Positions 50,701 through 61,171 of a stretch of 64,000 nucleotides of DNA are shown piece by piece; position 1 is the stretch's first letter, and each line of letters starts with the position of its first letter. This DNA comes from a virus (Duplodnaviria; Caudoviricetes). The notes below the pieces were generated by a model that was not told where the DNA came from, ran no database searches, and saw nothing but the letters and a program-made list of their open reading frames with translations. Made by a program: the position numbers and the translations under genes. The stretch spans positions 32,001-96,000 of the IMG/VR virus record IMGVR_UViG_3300029288_007060; one strand, 5' to 3'.

Positions 50701-53700
50701 CGTCTTGACCAGATGGATAAGATATATTATAGAATTCTCCAGTTGTATTAATTGTTCCTGAAAATGTATGATCAGCGTCTCGTGTTTGCTTCCATGTAAT
50801 CACCCATTGGTTATTATCATTATCATACCATATAAAATATCCTACATCATCGTTGTCTTCTGGTTGACTCATACTAAGTTTATTATTTCCTAATTCTAAT
50901 GTGAACGGAATTGTTTCTGGATTTTCTCCAGAAAATCCAATATGCACATCTTCTATATTAGAATATCCGTCCATAGATAAATCGAATGTAATAGACGAAT
51001 CATTTTCATCACCATCCCATGAAGGAACTATCCATGTCTCAAATGTTCCTTCGTCTAATCTTATGTGTGATAGAGCAGGAACGTCAACTTTTTGCGACCC
51101 TGTGATTAACAACCCCTCGTCAAATTTTCCGAAATCATATGATTCTGTATTATTGTATTTTAAATTTTCCAAATACAAATTACTATTTCCTAACACCCAA
51201 CCATTTACATTTTCTGTTATATTGGGTTTAACTTCAGTGAAAGATTCAACAAGATTTTCTATAGACGGGATAGTTGGTCCTGTGATAAAAGATTGAAGCG
51301 TTCCACCCAAAATAGACCTGTACATCTCTCTTTCTATATTGGGAGAGAATGTGGTTAGCTCCTTTATCTGTGTTAATGATCCGAAATTAGATAATAACTG
51401 GTTTCTTAATGCTCCGTATCTATATGTTACGTAGTAATTTTGTCCAGAAACAAGAGAGTTGCTAATACTCCAATCTATACTATTATTTCCATATTCATAC
51501 GATACTAGAATTTCGTCTTTGAGATATTTATAATCTACAAATAATTCTCCGTAATTATAATCAATAACCACCGAGTCTCCATTTTGTAGGTCATTGTCAT
51601 CACCCAATGTGATTATATTTTCTGTGAATGAATCACTTGTTATATCAAAATAATTATTAAGAGATTCAAATGGCAATGTTTCTAATTGAGAGGATTTATA
51701 AATCCCTCTAACCGATATGATATCAAAATCAACCACTATAGTTTTTGGTGCCGATAAAGATGTGTCTACTAAGCTCCAAACTATATTTTTAGCATCAGAT
51801 AGAAAATTTTGGTCAACAATAACCTGCTGTGAATCAATAACACTAATTATGATAAATATTTGGGCCGGCGGATCGTTTGAAGACCCTACCACAAGGGTTT
51901 TCCCCACATCGCTGTCTGTAAAAATAGAGGAATTCGAAGAAAAAATGTTATCGCCTTGTACTGAGACTCCATCAATTCCACTTTGTGATGTCCCCACTAT
52001 CATAGGTCTATTGTTGTCGTTATTCAAAAATCTCTGACCAACGTATTCTATGCCTTCTGTATCAAATGTATTGTCAAAAGCATCGCCTATAGTGTAAGAT
52101 TTTGTGATGGAAACTAACGGATTAGGACTACGATATATATTATAGATATCAAGTATATGACTGTTTTTTGTTTTGACATATTTGTATTTGTAATTTATTT
52201 CGCCCACATCAACACTTTGGGCTGAGCTTACGGCTACATAGACTATCCCGTTATAATAGTCTATTAAAAAGTCGCCAACCGCTTGAAGTTTATCTAAATT
52301 GGCCGATAAATCAGTATATAATATATCTTCAAAAAAGAACTCTCTAGAAAATAACGTATTTGAAAATGAGACAGATGTATTAAAGTTTGAGCCGACAAAT
52401 CTTTCATAAAAATCAGAAATGCCGGAATTCTGTAGATTAATTTTGAAAATCCTTAGGCTTAAGGAATTAGTCAATTCGTCTGACACATATAAAGTTTCAT
52501 TATCAACAGATGAGAATGAAACTTTTTCTCTCAGAGAATCCAGCTGTGTTGGCGCATTTCTTCCAGAAAAACTAATGCTAGAGTCATCAAATCTAGAGAT
52601 GCTATAAATCTCGCCTGTTGTTTCGTTCATAACTTTGAAAACATCCGTTATGGGGTATTTTTTCGTTATTAATTTGAAATCAGATATTAGCCTATTTTCT
52701 ATCCTTTCATTTAAAGCCTCTTGGTGAGACAGCACTCTATAATCGGTATTTTCAGCAAAAGTTTCTTCGTAATAAAATGTTATTTTAGCTTCTAATCCAG
52801 ACAAATCTCTAGATGAGTTTATTGCTATTTCATTTTTGTCTTCATCTATGCTATAATCTAAATTTTTTGTAAAGATTTTTCTAAACAGGTATGTCATTGC
52901 CGGAGGATAATCTCCAGTTCCGTTATTATCTTTATCTTCACCAAACACATTAACTTCTCCCGTTGAATAATTAATGCTATAATCTCCTGGTCTAGAAGGA
53001 GAACGAGAAATACTAAAATCTATTTCTTTAGTAAAAGCGGGGTGTGTCGACACAAACGCTTGTAAGTCATCGGTTGTTATTGTGCTTAAAAATGTTATAC
53101 CGCCAGACTCTAATAATTGATCTAAATTATTTATAATAGGAGCATTATCAACAGAGAATCTATTTACTATGGCCGGAGCGACCTCGCGAGTAACTAATTC
53201 TATTGTCGATAACAATACATTGTCTATATCTATTGTTTTTCCTAATTTTTTGTATACATATGAAACTTTTAATTGATCACCAGCTTGAGGAAATAAAAAC
53301 CCGCCAGAAAGACCGGTTATTGAATTAGAAGATAATTCTATCTCATCATCGTTTAAGTTAACATTAATTCCTGCCAAAGAAGTATCATATCTATTATCTC
53401 TTAGTATATATCCGAATTGCGATATATCGTATTCTGTTGTGGCATTATTTCTTATAAGCCCAACTGAAATTAATTGAATTACATTATGATTACTAACTTT
53501 AATAGTTAATCCTGAAAAATGATTCGCTATATCAATATCGTCAGTAACCAATTCGTTTATTACATCTTCGGCCTGCAAACTAATAGGGTCTAATGTTAAA
53601 CTCTCAATTATAGGATTAATGTGCACATTTGGCCTAACAAGAAAAGATGCTTTTCTAGATTGATTAAATTCTATAAATCCGCTTATATTATTTCCTGATG

Positions 53701-54274
53701 GTGATGATGAAACTCGAGATATTTCAAATGCGCCCTGATTTAATAATTTGTCGGTTGGGCCATCTCCTCTGATAATTGATTCGTCTTCCACAAGAATAGA
53801 TAAATAATTTCCAGACTTGGTAATGTCTATAGAATCGGATACTTTTTGAAATTGATCCGCAGAAGAAGATATGAGTTTTCTTATAATAGTGGATTCACCA
53901 GAGTCATAAATGGACGGTATACTTTCTATAATAGAATCTCTAATGTTGTTTGTGGTTTCTCCGGGACTTACAATAAATACAGAATTTTTATGTCCGTCTT
54001 CTATAATTATCTCGTTCTCTGATGATTTAAATAAAACAGTTTCAGTACTAAAAAATTTAAGGTTATACTGAATGTTTGGGAACAAGGGGCTAAATGTTAT
54101 GTTTATTATATCGCTATCAATACTAAGAGATATTATATCGGGGTCATCTACACTATATATAGTGGATGAAATAGAAACATTATCTATTCCAATAGAGGTG
54201 TCGATATAGTCATTAAATAAAATACTTGCGCTAGAGGTTGTTAAATTAACAATCCTTAAAATTGAAAATGTCAT
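47747..54274 (-). CDS. giant baseplate wedge/tail protein with LamG (concanavalin-like) domains
   Basis: GTFETW, HHIAVSW..LFIDG, GTIEFW, WHRI..LFVDG, DEVRI; C-terminal INVIKPANT; follows baseplate J. Confidence 0.7.
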   Translation of the reverse strand: MTFSILRIVNLTTSSASILFNDYIDTSIGIDNVSISSTIYSVDDPDIISLSIDSDIINITFSPLFPNIQYNLKFFSTETVLFKSSENEIIIEDGHKNSVFIVSPGETTNNIRDSIIESIPSIYDSGESTIIRKLISSSADQFQKVSDSIDITKSGNYLSILVEDESIIRGDGPTDKLLNQGAFEISRVSSSPSGNNISGFIEFNQSRKASFLVRPNVHINPIIESLTLDPISLQAEDVINELVTDDIDIANHFSGLTIKVSNHNVIQLISVGLIRNNATTEYDISQFGYILRDNRYDTSLAGINVNLNDDEIELSSNSITGLSGGFLFPQAGDQLKVSYVYKKLGKTIDIDNVLLSTIELVTREVAPAIVNRFSVDNAPIINNLDQLLESGGITFLSTITTDDLQAFVSTHPAFTKEIDFSISRSPSRPGDYSINYSTGEVNVFGEDKDNNGTGDYPPAMTYLFRKIFTKNLDYSIDEDKNEIAINSSRDLSGLEAKITFYYEETFAENTDYRVLSHQEALNERIENRLISDFKLITKKYPITDVFKVMNETTGEIYSISRFDDSSISFSGRNAPTQLDSLREKVSFSSVDNETLYVSDELTNSLSLRIFKINLQNSGISDFYERFVGSNFNTSVSFSNTLFSREFFFEDILYTDLSANLDKLQAVGDFLIDYYNGIVYVAVSSAQSVDVGEINYKYKYVKTKNSHILDIYNIYRSPNPLVSITKSYTIGDAFDNTFDTEGIEYVGQRFLNNDNNRPMIVGTSQSGIDGVSVQGDNIFSSNSSIFTDSDVGKTLVVGSSNDPPAQIFIIISVIDSQQVIVDQNFLSDAKNIVWSLVDTSLSAPKTIVVDFDIISVRGIYKSSQLETLPFESLNNYFDITSDSFTENIITLGDDNDLQNGDSVVIDYNYGELFVDYKYLKDEILVSYEYGNNSIDWSISNSLVSGQNYYVTYRYGALRNQLLSNFGSLTQIKELTTFSPNIEREMYRSILGGTLQSFITGPTIPSIENLVESFTEVKPNITENVNGWVLGNSNLYLENLKYNNTESYDFGKFDEGLLITGSQKVDVPALSHIRLDEGTFETWIVPSWDGDENDSSITFDLSMDGYSNIEDVHIGFSGENPETIPFTLELGNNKLSMSQPEDNDDVGYFIWYDNDNNQWVITWKQTRDADHTFSGTINTTGEFYNISYPSGQDGYSVNEINDTITSFTNRIDFSANIDGYDVDINDDNIAEDGVSFSSGDFHYIVDMAKSPDTNRFSLFKDGTGFLNFRIFDAESNKYNLSTNIKDWEFGQLHHIAVSWKLNTPFEKDEMHLFIDGQEVSNLYKYGGRPEPSNSYFGDISSETVTSSSAVAIVGGFDGSSASSSNMFISNEGDFISNGIQVGDKLYILDDTPDGIGSPNLGTYYNITGVGDTSLTLDRNLTLSLGNIHYGINISTNTIETPANNQRFIVITIDSQGTETELNGVNSRYPDYYISRGSNYTNVLSITNGVNVGDSVVVKTLGLLFSRVLEKKYIYDGGFDTIKTNSMPPVNLGEVKVTEILFDNSLVSQNNGFSLNSVLVDLSLEDVLQRNFDAYCQPSNGTNGRKLAITLIGDNINYNVDYNFITIYGTTYSGNTSEIITFDSNAIKYSSEYWRYIDYISVNIVPLDSLLAAGTFTIREKLPITESENNGDYAEIAEYSNGFFRFEIFGSAGIPFILNGCFYEIDYPTFLRINLNEQPTYMQIGSDFNGSNVVDAVLDEVRILDYMSTDTRVGEELGTLDRTITTDYNYDFEFTADDNTLLLLHWDKENTDSSEFIDRFDSGFEIAKSVNDNFKYGIKLKENHPFIINNAGSIFDNDEGTIEFWVSPLDDSNNNSKYHYYLDMLSSVDETVSSITKISVLLNQKASSVKSVRLASDIYNAGTNYFDGGGISTIDNKTITLGIPLPSQNTLVKVTYIPINNSGDRVSLFLDPYGFVNFFVKASSIEHLLSVHVDWQRNTWHRIMIMWKTNSSNGLDRLRLFVDGDERGTIKYGTGLIYGTGIVYGQAEIRPGTNRFLVDNIDMSDVFSSIFIGADIFSVNGANAIMDNIRFSDIQRLQSIKNVSGVFVDVNYQQNTDFALPVIQDLNTTALYDFDALLFKIQDFSEVTNASNGIFKFSVDVIDSFDKVIGNDYLTNLLKSLINVIKPANTTAIIKFSK

Positions 54275-54277
54275 TAA

Positions 54278-57200
54278 TTATCTCTCCTCAGCCTGTATGC
54301 TAACCGTTCCAGCGATTAAATATTCATTTTTGTTTGCAGAAATACTTAATAAATTTCCCGAATCCTCATAACTAAAATTCAATATTCTTACTCTATCTAT
54401 TCCTTGAACAGAATATAATACATTTATAATGTCAGATGCATCAATGGTAGTCCCAAGGCTGGCAGACGATAGTAGTGATACAACCATATTGTTGGCGTTT
54501 TGAATCACGGTTTGTTCTTGATCATGAAATTCTGGAAATAATACTATCAAGATAGATGCGTCTATTATTTTTTGTTGCGCCGATTTCACTAAAATATCTG
54601 CCGTTATAGGACGAACGTTTTCAATGGCAAGAGTGGCATCATCTATTATAGAATTATAATTGTACGTTATTGTTATTCTTTCATTTTCTTTTGGTGCAAC
54701 ATAATTATAATCTACATTATATACTGTATTATCACTTGGCTGATTAAAATTATTTATATAAAATACACCAGACACCACATTCGATATATTTTTAAAACCA
54801 GAGCTAACAAATATTCTATCTACAGATAAAAATACTTTACTTGTAATTTGTTCTCCATTTTTTGAGAAGTATACTGATTCAGAATCGTCGGTGTTGATAT
54901 AATAAAATGTTACTCTTAGGATATCTCCAGTAGACAATTCGTTGTCAATGTTATTAGACGTTTCCGGCAAACAAATTTCTGTTTCAGATAAACTATTGTC
55001 AGACAGAGATGTATCCATATCATTAGAATTATCTTTCATTTTGTAATTAATAATATCATATACGTTATCAACAGACACAACTTCGTTATTTGTGTCAACA
55101 CTAACCTTTTCCACAGAATACAATCTGGACATTCTTATTGTTGATGGCAGCGAGGACAGCGCAGAATCTTCTTTTATCAATGTTTCTAAATCAATATCAA
55201 ATCCAGATGTTGATGTGACTGTCATTAACTTATCTTTCACAGCATGAATGGTCGATCCTAATATAGATAATGTGCCACCCGACGGAATAGAACCGACATT
55301 TATTCTTAAGTTACTTCCAGGCAAACGAAGATTTTTTGTTATCGCCGTGCCACTATATAAATTAGAGGATGGTTGTTCTCCAACCACAGCAGAATCTAAA
55401 ACAAATTTATTTCCGCTTTTTATTGCTGGAAGAGACGAAATATTATTTTCGGGCATCAATGACGAAACATTAGCGATATAATTAACCAAGACATTGGTTC
55501 CGTTGCCAATAGTGCCACTCACAAGAGTTATTGTGTCATTTGAGAAAGAACCGGTACCATAAGCATCAGAGGAGAAAATATTTGTATAATTATATTTAAT
55601 CGTTGCTAAGTCTCCATCAACTGCTATTGTATCTGTGGGAAGCGCTATATTGTTCGTTCCAAAAAGAACCCCGTCCATAGCGTCTGTATTGTAAAGTTCA
55701 GCATCATCTGACAATCTCTTAATATTAAGTATCGTTGTCACAACACTTCCAGAAGTTAGACTTATTGCGCCATCAGCAACATAGGCTGTTTGCTCGCTAT
55801 GATCAAGCACAGATAGAACTTTAAAAATTGGGTGAGATAATACTATAGTAAGATTTCCATATCCATCATCGGACACGACAGCTGGTTCATTTTCTATTAA
55901 GTTGGAAAAACTCCAATCTATAGAATCCTGAACTGTTCTATTGGTATTATTAACGGTAAGGTTGTCAAAATCAAATACATTGTCAAAAGACTTTACCCAA
56001 ACATAATCCACTTGTAATATATCATTTCCCGTTGGCAAGGTGTTGCCGCTGATAGTTATATTTCCTGTGAGGTTTAATTCCCCCGCATTTCCATCAGGAT
56101 TTTGGTCCGAAACCACATATCTCTCTCCGGTGGTTAAGTTAATAATTCTATTTACATTTCTTATAGGGTAATGTTTTAAATAAACAGAGCTTCTGCTGTC
56201 GGAATTAACATATGCACTCTCATTTGTTATTGTGAAATCTTGAGACGCAGATTTTATTTCGTCAATTCCAGAAAATTTAAGGGCATCAAAACCATTAAAT
56301 ATACCTTTGGTTGTGTTTTCGTCTTCTAATTCTATCGTATCAGAAATCCATCTTAAACGATCAAAACCAAATGGACTTCCGCCAAAATCACCAGAATCTT
56401 TTAGTAATTCATAATTTCCATGAACCACCCCAGCAGAATCTTCATATTTTTGTATAAAATTAGCGCCAGATGAACTTCCTATAACCGAAATTATACTGTC
56501 TATTGGTTGAAATGGTAAAGTATCATTCGCTATAAGATTTACCCGTCTTTGAGAGATGTTGGTTCCAGCCACCTCGCCTCTTTGGCCGATTACAAAATCA
56601 TTTGTAGGATTAGTAGGGTCATGAACGCCACTAGCATCGTTGTAAATAAAGGAGTCTATTTGCGATACTTCATTGCTGCCAAGCACATAAATATCTACCT
56701 TGCCGCCAGTTCCCTCTGATATAATGGTTGTTTCTCCGCTCGAATCCGTTGATACTTGTGTTCCATCTCGAATAAGAAGCGTGTCCCCGGGAACAATAAC
56801 TACAGAATCAGTTACGCCTGGAACAGAATCAATCACAGAAGAGTATCCCAGAGCTGTTCCGGTATTACTTCCAGAAAACACACCTAAAATTCTAGCTCTA
56901 AATGCATCGTCACTTTCTGGGTCGCTGCCGCCAGAGAACGACTGAAGATTTGTAACATTTGATATTCCTGAGATGTTATGTGACAGTAAAGAATATGGGC
57001 CAATATTTCCAGCAGACCCAGATGTAAGAGCCTCTACATTAACCTCAATCGCATATATATCAGTTATTGACGCAAGATTTAATTCGTCTCTTAATCGTGT
57101 AGCCGTGGCCTTATACACATTTGAGCTTGTAGCGCTCATTAAATAGTTATCTGATACCCTATAACTTATACCATTATTAGCAACAATAATATCTCCCACA

Positions 57201-57508
57201 GAAATAAAAACGTCAGACTCGAGACTATTAGTTGTTAATACTGCTAACCCACCGGAATTACCGCCAGAGTTTTTTTTGACACCAAAATTAGAAGCCAATT
57301 TTACCAAATCTGTTCCATTTGACGAGAAAAAGGACGAGAGATTTGAGATATTTCTTAACTGTATATACAACTCAGATATTTGCTGAGCAGGCGCGTCAAT
57401 AAACAAGTCTCTTGCCACAGTTCCTGGTTTAGTGTCAAGATCATTTTGAACCAATCTCAAATAGTCTATTAGTGATATCACTATATCATTAAACGATTTA
57501 AAAATCAT
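54278..57508 (-). CDS. baseplate J/gp6-like wedge protein with a large insertion
   Basis: DTKPGTVARDL, G.DL..LA.NFGV, GSAGNI, FSGGSDPESDDAFRARI, GKVDIYV. Confidence 0.85.
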   Translation of the reverse strand: MIFKSFNDIVISLIDYLRLVQNDLDTKPGTVARDLFIDAPAQQISELYIQLRNISNLSSFFSSNGTDLVKLASNFGVKKNSGGNSGGLAVLTTNSLESDVFISVGDIIVANNGISYRVSDNYLMSATSSNVYKATATRLRDELNLASITDIYAIEVNVEALTSGSAGNIGPYSLLSHNISGISNVTNLQSFSGGSDPESDDAFRARILGVFSGSNTGTALGYSSVIDSVPGVTDSVVIVPGDTLLIRDGTQVSTDSSGETTIISEGTGGKVDIYVLGSNEVSQIDSFIYNDASGVHDPTNPTNDFVIGQRGEVAGTNISQRRVNLIANDTLPFQPIDSIISVIGSSSGANFIQKYEDSAGVVHGNYELLKDSGDFGGSPFGFDRLRWISDTIELEDENTTKGIFNGFDALKFSGIDEIKSASQDFTITNESAYVNSDSRSSVYLKHYPIRNVNRIINLTTGERYVVSDQNPDGNAGELNLTGNITISGNTLPTGNDILQVDYVWVKSFDNVFDFDNLTVNNTNRTVQDSIDWSFSNLIENEPAVVSDDGYGNLTIVLSHPIFKVLSVLDHSEQTAYVADGAISLTSGSVVTTILNIKRLSDDAELYNTDAMDGVLFGTNNIALPTDTIAVDGDLATIKYNYTNIFSSDAYGTGSFSNDTITLVSGTIGNGTNVLVNYIANVSSLMPENNISSLPAIKSGNKFVLDSAVVGEQPSSNLYSGTAITKNLRLPGSNLRINVGSIPSGGTLSILGSTIHAVKDKLMTVTSTSGFDIDLETLIKEDSALSSLPSTIRMSRLYSVEKVSVDTNNEVVSVDNVYDIINYKMKDNSNDMDTSLSDNSLSETEICLPETSNNIDNELSTGDILRVTFYYINTDDSESVYFSKNGEQITSKVFLSVDRIFVSSGFKNISNVVSGVFYINNFNQPSDNTVYNVDYNYVAPKENERITITYNYNSIIDDATLAIENVRPITADILVKSAQQKIIDASILIVLFPEFHDQEQTVIQNANNMVVSLLSSASLGTTIDASDIINVLYSVQGIDRVRILNFSYEDSGNLLSISANKNEYLIAGTVSIQAEER

Positions 57509-57524
57509 TTTTATCTCCCGGTTG

Positions 57525-57950
57525 TTAAGAAATAATAGTAAACAACTCTTCTAATTTTGTGAGTCTCTTACTAAACACTGTTATTAAAATATTTAATTGG
57601 CGGCCATCGGACAAATCTCTTTCTACATCAATGCCGCCAACACTCTCTATTAATTCGGACAAAGAAACTCTTTGAACTGAAGATTGTGATATTTGTAATG
57701 CCTTAAGTCTATCCAAACTCTTGCTTATGTTGTTTTGTATGCGTGATAATTGAAGCAAATCAGAAAAATTTCTTCCTATATCATCAGATATAGAACACCC
57801 ATACCACGGGTGATTTTTAACAGAACCCATGGGAGTAATGATAATTTTAATTATGTCCTGCCTTAATTTAGGCGTATCTGTAACAATTTTAACTGCACCA
57901 TTTGGTTGCACAGACAGATCATTATTAATTAAAGATATATCAAATGACAT
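57525..57950 (-). CDS. gp25/GPW-like baseplate protein
   Basis: LRQDIIKIIITPMGS...HPWYGC, directly upstream of baseplate J. Confidence 0.75.
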   Translation of the reverse strand: MSFDISLINNDLSVQPNGAVKIVTDTPKLRQDIIKIIITPMGSVKNHPWYGCSISDDIGRNFSDLLQLSRIQNNISKSLDRLKALQISQSSVQRVSLSELIESVGGIDVERDLSDGRQLNILITVFSKRLTKLEELFTIIS

Positions 57951-57962
57951 TATGTTCTCCGT

Positions 57963-59285
57963 TTAATTCTTTTGCATTGTTCTATTGGTTTTATGTCTAG
58001 ACGATTTATCTATATCAATAGCGAGATTGTTTATTATTTTTTGTGTTTGTGTCTGAAGAGCACCGATAGAATTAAGAATATTGGCCTCATCAATGGAGTT
58101 AACATAGTCTATTCCCGTTTGCTTTTTTAATCTAATTCTGCCTTCTTTATTAAGCAAAGAAATTACTGTTTCTATATCAACTTGAAATAATGCAAGAATA
58201 ACCGACACCGCATCCGTTCCAGATAATCCGCTAAATGTCCCCAATAACAAATCTAAATTTCTAAATGTTTGTTTTATTTCATTCTCTAGCCGTATTTTTT
58301 TATCGGTAGTATTTTTTGTTGATTTAGAGATAAGTCCAGCATCACTGAAAACAGCCTGTAATAAGCATGAAGACAGAATACATTCTTTAAGATTTCTAGA
58401 CGCCTTGTCTGCCTCAGAAAGCACATCATCAAAATTAAATAAGGACAGTCTGGCTTCTTTAATAGCCAAATATTGTTTTTGCTTTATATCTTGATTATCT
58501 AAATCGCCCTCATTTTCGCCATTATTAAATATTTCTGGGTTTTGTTCTGGTGTTCCTGAAGGTATAACAATTGATGAGGTTTCTTTTGTTATTTTATCAA
58601 TTCTGTTTTTAACGCTAGACATCTCTACAATTATATTCCCTAATGCTTGATAAAGACTAAACTCTATATCTTCAGATTGTTGCTGAAAGTCACTATACAT
58701 ATCTTCCATAATTTTAGCTTTCTTTGTTGAATTAAATGCCCCAGCCTGACTTAATCTCAAATAAATTATCATTTCTATAAGAGGCCTTTTGTATTTTGTT
58801 GTGCTATTTGAGCTATCATCCTGTAATTGAGTGTCAGTCATAAAAGCTCCGCCAATTCTTCTTCCCTGAGGAAAAATCTCTAAATTAGCATCAACAATCA
58901 TGGGAAACAGCTGTAATGTTTGGGCATTTCCATTGATATGATCTTTGATTGTTGATGTATTAAATTTGAAGGCGTTTAATACTTTGGGATTATTGGAATT
59001 CATCTTCTTGCTCATAGACTTAGAGATGTTTTCTCTATTGATTAATTGTATCGATAAAGTAGAATCGTCTATATCCTTGAAAACATTGCCATTATTTTTA
59101 TTTAATGGCGGTGTTTTTTCGTTTGTTATAATTGCAGGCAAACCAATAGCACGATAAAAGGCATTTATTCTGGATTCTGTTGATTCTTCTGATCCTGCTC
59201 GGCTGCTTGATCGTATGCCATCAATATCTTTAATAATATTAGTAGAAAATTCTGTGAAATCCAGGTCTTTATTAAAATTTGCCAT
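57963..59285 (-). CDS. hypothetical (probable virion) protein
   Basis: 440 aa, mostly helical, within the baseplate operon. Confidence 0.6.
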   Translation of the reverse strand: MANFNKDLDFTEFSTNIIKDIDGIRSSSRAGSEESTESRINAFYRAIGLPAIITNEKTPPLNKNNGNVFKDIDDSTLSIQLINRENISKSMSKKMNSNNPKVLNAFKFNTSTIKDHINGNAQTLQLFPMIVDANLEIFPQGRRIGGAFMTDTQLQDDSSNSTTKYKRPLIEMIIYLRLSQAGAFNSTKKAKIMEDMYSDFQQQSEDIEFSLYQALGNIIVEMSSVKNRIDKITKETSSIVIPSGTPEQNPEIFNNGENEGDLDNQDIKQKQYLAIKEARLSLFNFDDVLSEADKASRNLKECILSSCLLQAVFSDAGLISKSTKNTTDKKIRLENEIKQTFRNLDLLLGTFSGLSGTDAVSVILALFQVDIETVISLLNKEGRIRLKKQTGIDYVNSIDEANILNSIGALQTQTQKIINNLAIDIDKSSRHKTNRTMQKN

Positions 59286-61171
59286 TATTTTCCTCCCGGC
59301 TCTCTGTCAACATTATCAAGTATAGTATGTGCTGTATTATTAGTGCTTTGTTTTGAAGTAAGTCTTCGTTTTGGCAAAACTGCGCCAGACACGAACTTAA
59401 TCTCGATTTCTTTTGTTACAACAGAATTATTATCGAGTTCTTCTATGAATTCTCCGTTTATTCTGGCGGTAACCGTGGCCGTCCCAGAAAGTAAAGATCT
59501 AATCTCTGCTGTAACTATACCCGTACTATTATTAAGTGTTTGGTTTGTTATAACACCAAAATCAGTAAAAATATCTACAGTAATACCGACTCCGTCAGGT
59601 AGATTACTGGCAAGCAAGGCGCCAGTTGAATCTCTCGGAATAACGGATATTACAGCCAGGTCACTACCGCCAGCTTTTACAAAATTCTTATTGACATTAA
59701 GTTCGCTATTTAAAGTGTTTGATATGTGAGACAATATGGTGTTCATTATTCTTTTCATATTGTTTCCAAAAGCATTTAAATCGTTTGTTATATTTTCTTC
59801 TTCTGCGTTTATTCCTGACACATCATTATTTGCCACCGAGTCTCTGGTTCTGGATATTGAATCGTTTAATCCCGATAACATGTCATCAAATTGGTCCCCA
59901 ATATCAGCTAATTCTGGAATTTGTTCTGCAGCTGGGGTTTCTGTATCTCCGAACTGATTATCTAACGAATCTTTGGCATCGATAACGGATGGATGGCATC
60001 CCAAACCAACAATATTATGCGCCACCAACATGTCCCAATTTGGAACTATTTCATATCGCACAGCACCTATCATCTCAGAAAGAGTGGGGTCTACCACTAT
60101 AATGTCTGGATTTTTTATTTTTAAGATAGGAATAATCTTCTCATTTCCTCTATTATTTGTAACACGCACGCTAAAATGAGAAGAGTTTCCGGTTTGTCCA
60201 GCCGACACAGCCTCGTCCACAGGCTCATCTAGTTGAGAATCTAATTGCTGTTTTAAACTTTGCATATATGGAGTAATTTTATAAAGTTGGCTGTTTCCAG
60301 TTAATGTTTTAATCTTCCACGCCATTAAAGGAAGAGAGTCGGAAAAAGAATATTTTAAAATTGCGCCGATTCCCTTGGGGGGATTGGTTAAAACCGGAGG
60401 ACATGTATCATCTCCACAACAAGTTTCGTCTCCATTGCCTTTTTTACAAGGTCTTCCGCCAGCAAGTCGTAATATGGCCATAATCGTTTCTAATATTGGT
60501 TTTAATACATTAAGCACACCTATTTGATTCAGAATCTCTACCAAAAGAGCCTCTATCTTTCTTCTCTCTGCTTTTATTTGTGCTCTATTACTGTCCGTGT
60601 CATTAAGCAGGGCGATTAAAGCACTAACATCATGTTTTATCAGTTCATATATTGGGATTATTGTCGTTAACACAAACAATATGGCGGCCAATATTAACTT
60701 TATAATGCCCAATACCAGCAGGATTCCAGCGAGTGGCGGGAACAAAGCAATAAATGGAGGCAACCATTTTCTAAACAGTCTTATTACCGCTCTTATAACA
60801 GCAAACCAATTAGGCATCGCACATATAATTTCTATCAAGCCTCTTATAACTCCCATTATGGGTAAAAGCAACATGTATGCTGACATAAAGGGAGATAATA
60901 ATGAAAGCAAATTATTAATAGCCGTCCCCATGGATTTCGTAATTCCAGGCTCAGACATGCTTTGCATTATTGAGCCACCTGGCAATTTATACTTTAAAAG
61001 ATCATCAGATATCATAGAAACGCCGTCTGGAAGAGGCAACGATGAATCGTAGGGTAACGTAAAATTCGGTCCGGCGGAGGTCACAAGAACCTGAAGGACG
61101 CCTAATACAGTAGGATTATTTATAAACCAAGGATTTGACATAATATTTCCTTTATGGAGTATTTCTTCCAT
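59285..61171 (-). CDS. virion protein with hydrophobic helices and C-terminal Big_1/invasin-like Ig domain
   Basis: FIALFPPLAGILLVLGIIKLILAAILFVLTTIIPI; VISVIPRDSTG...GTATVTARING. Confidence 0.6.
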   Translation of the reverse strand: MEEILHKGNIMSNPWFINNPTVLGVLQVLVTSAGPNFTLPYDSSLPLPDGVSMISDDLLKYKLPGGSIMQSMSEPGITKSMGTAINNLLSLLSPFMSAYMLLLPIMGVIRGLIEIICAMPNWFAVIRAVIRLFRKWLPPFIALFPPLAGILLVLGIIKLILAAILFVLTTIIPIYELIKHDVSALIALLNDTDSNRAQIKAERRKIEALLVEILNQIGVLNVLKPILETIMAILRLAGGRPCKKGNGDETCCGDDTCPPVLTNPPKGIGAILKYSFSDSLPLMAWKIKTLTGNSQLYKITPYMQSLKQQLDSQLDEPVDEAVSAGQTGNSSHFSVRVTNNRGNEKIIPILKIKNPDIIVVDPTLSEMIGAVRYEIVPNWDMLVAHNIVGLGCHPSVIDAKDSLDNQFGDTETPAAEQIPELADIGDQFDDMLSGLNDSISRTRDSVANNDVSGINAEEENITNDLNAFGNNMKRIMNTILSHISNTLNSELNVNKNFVKAGGSDLAVISVIPRDSTGALLASNLPDGVGITVDIFTDFGVITNQTLNNSTGIVTAEIRSLLSGTATVTARINGEFIEELDNNSVVTKEIEIKFVSGAVLPKRRLTSKQSTNNTAHTILDNVDREPGGK

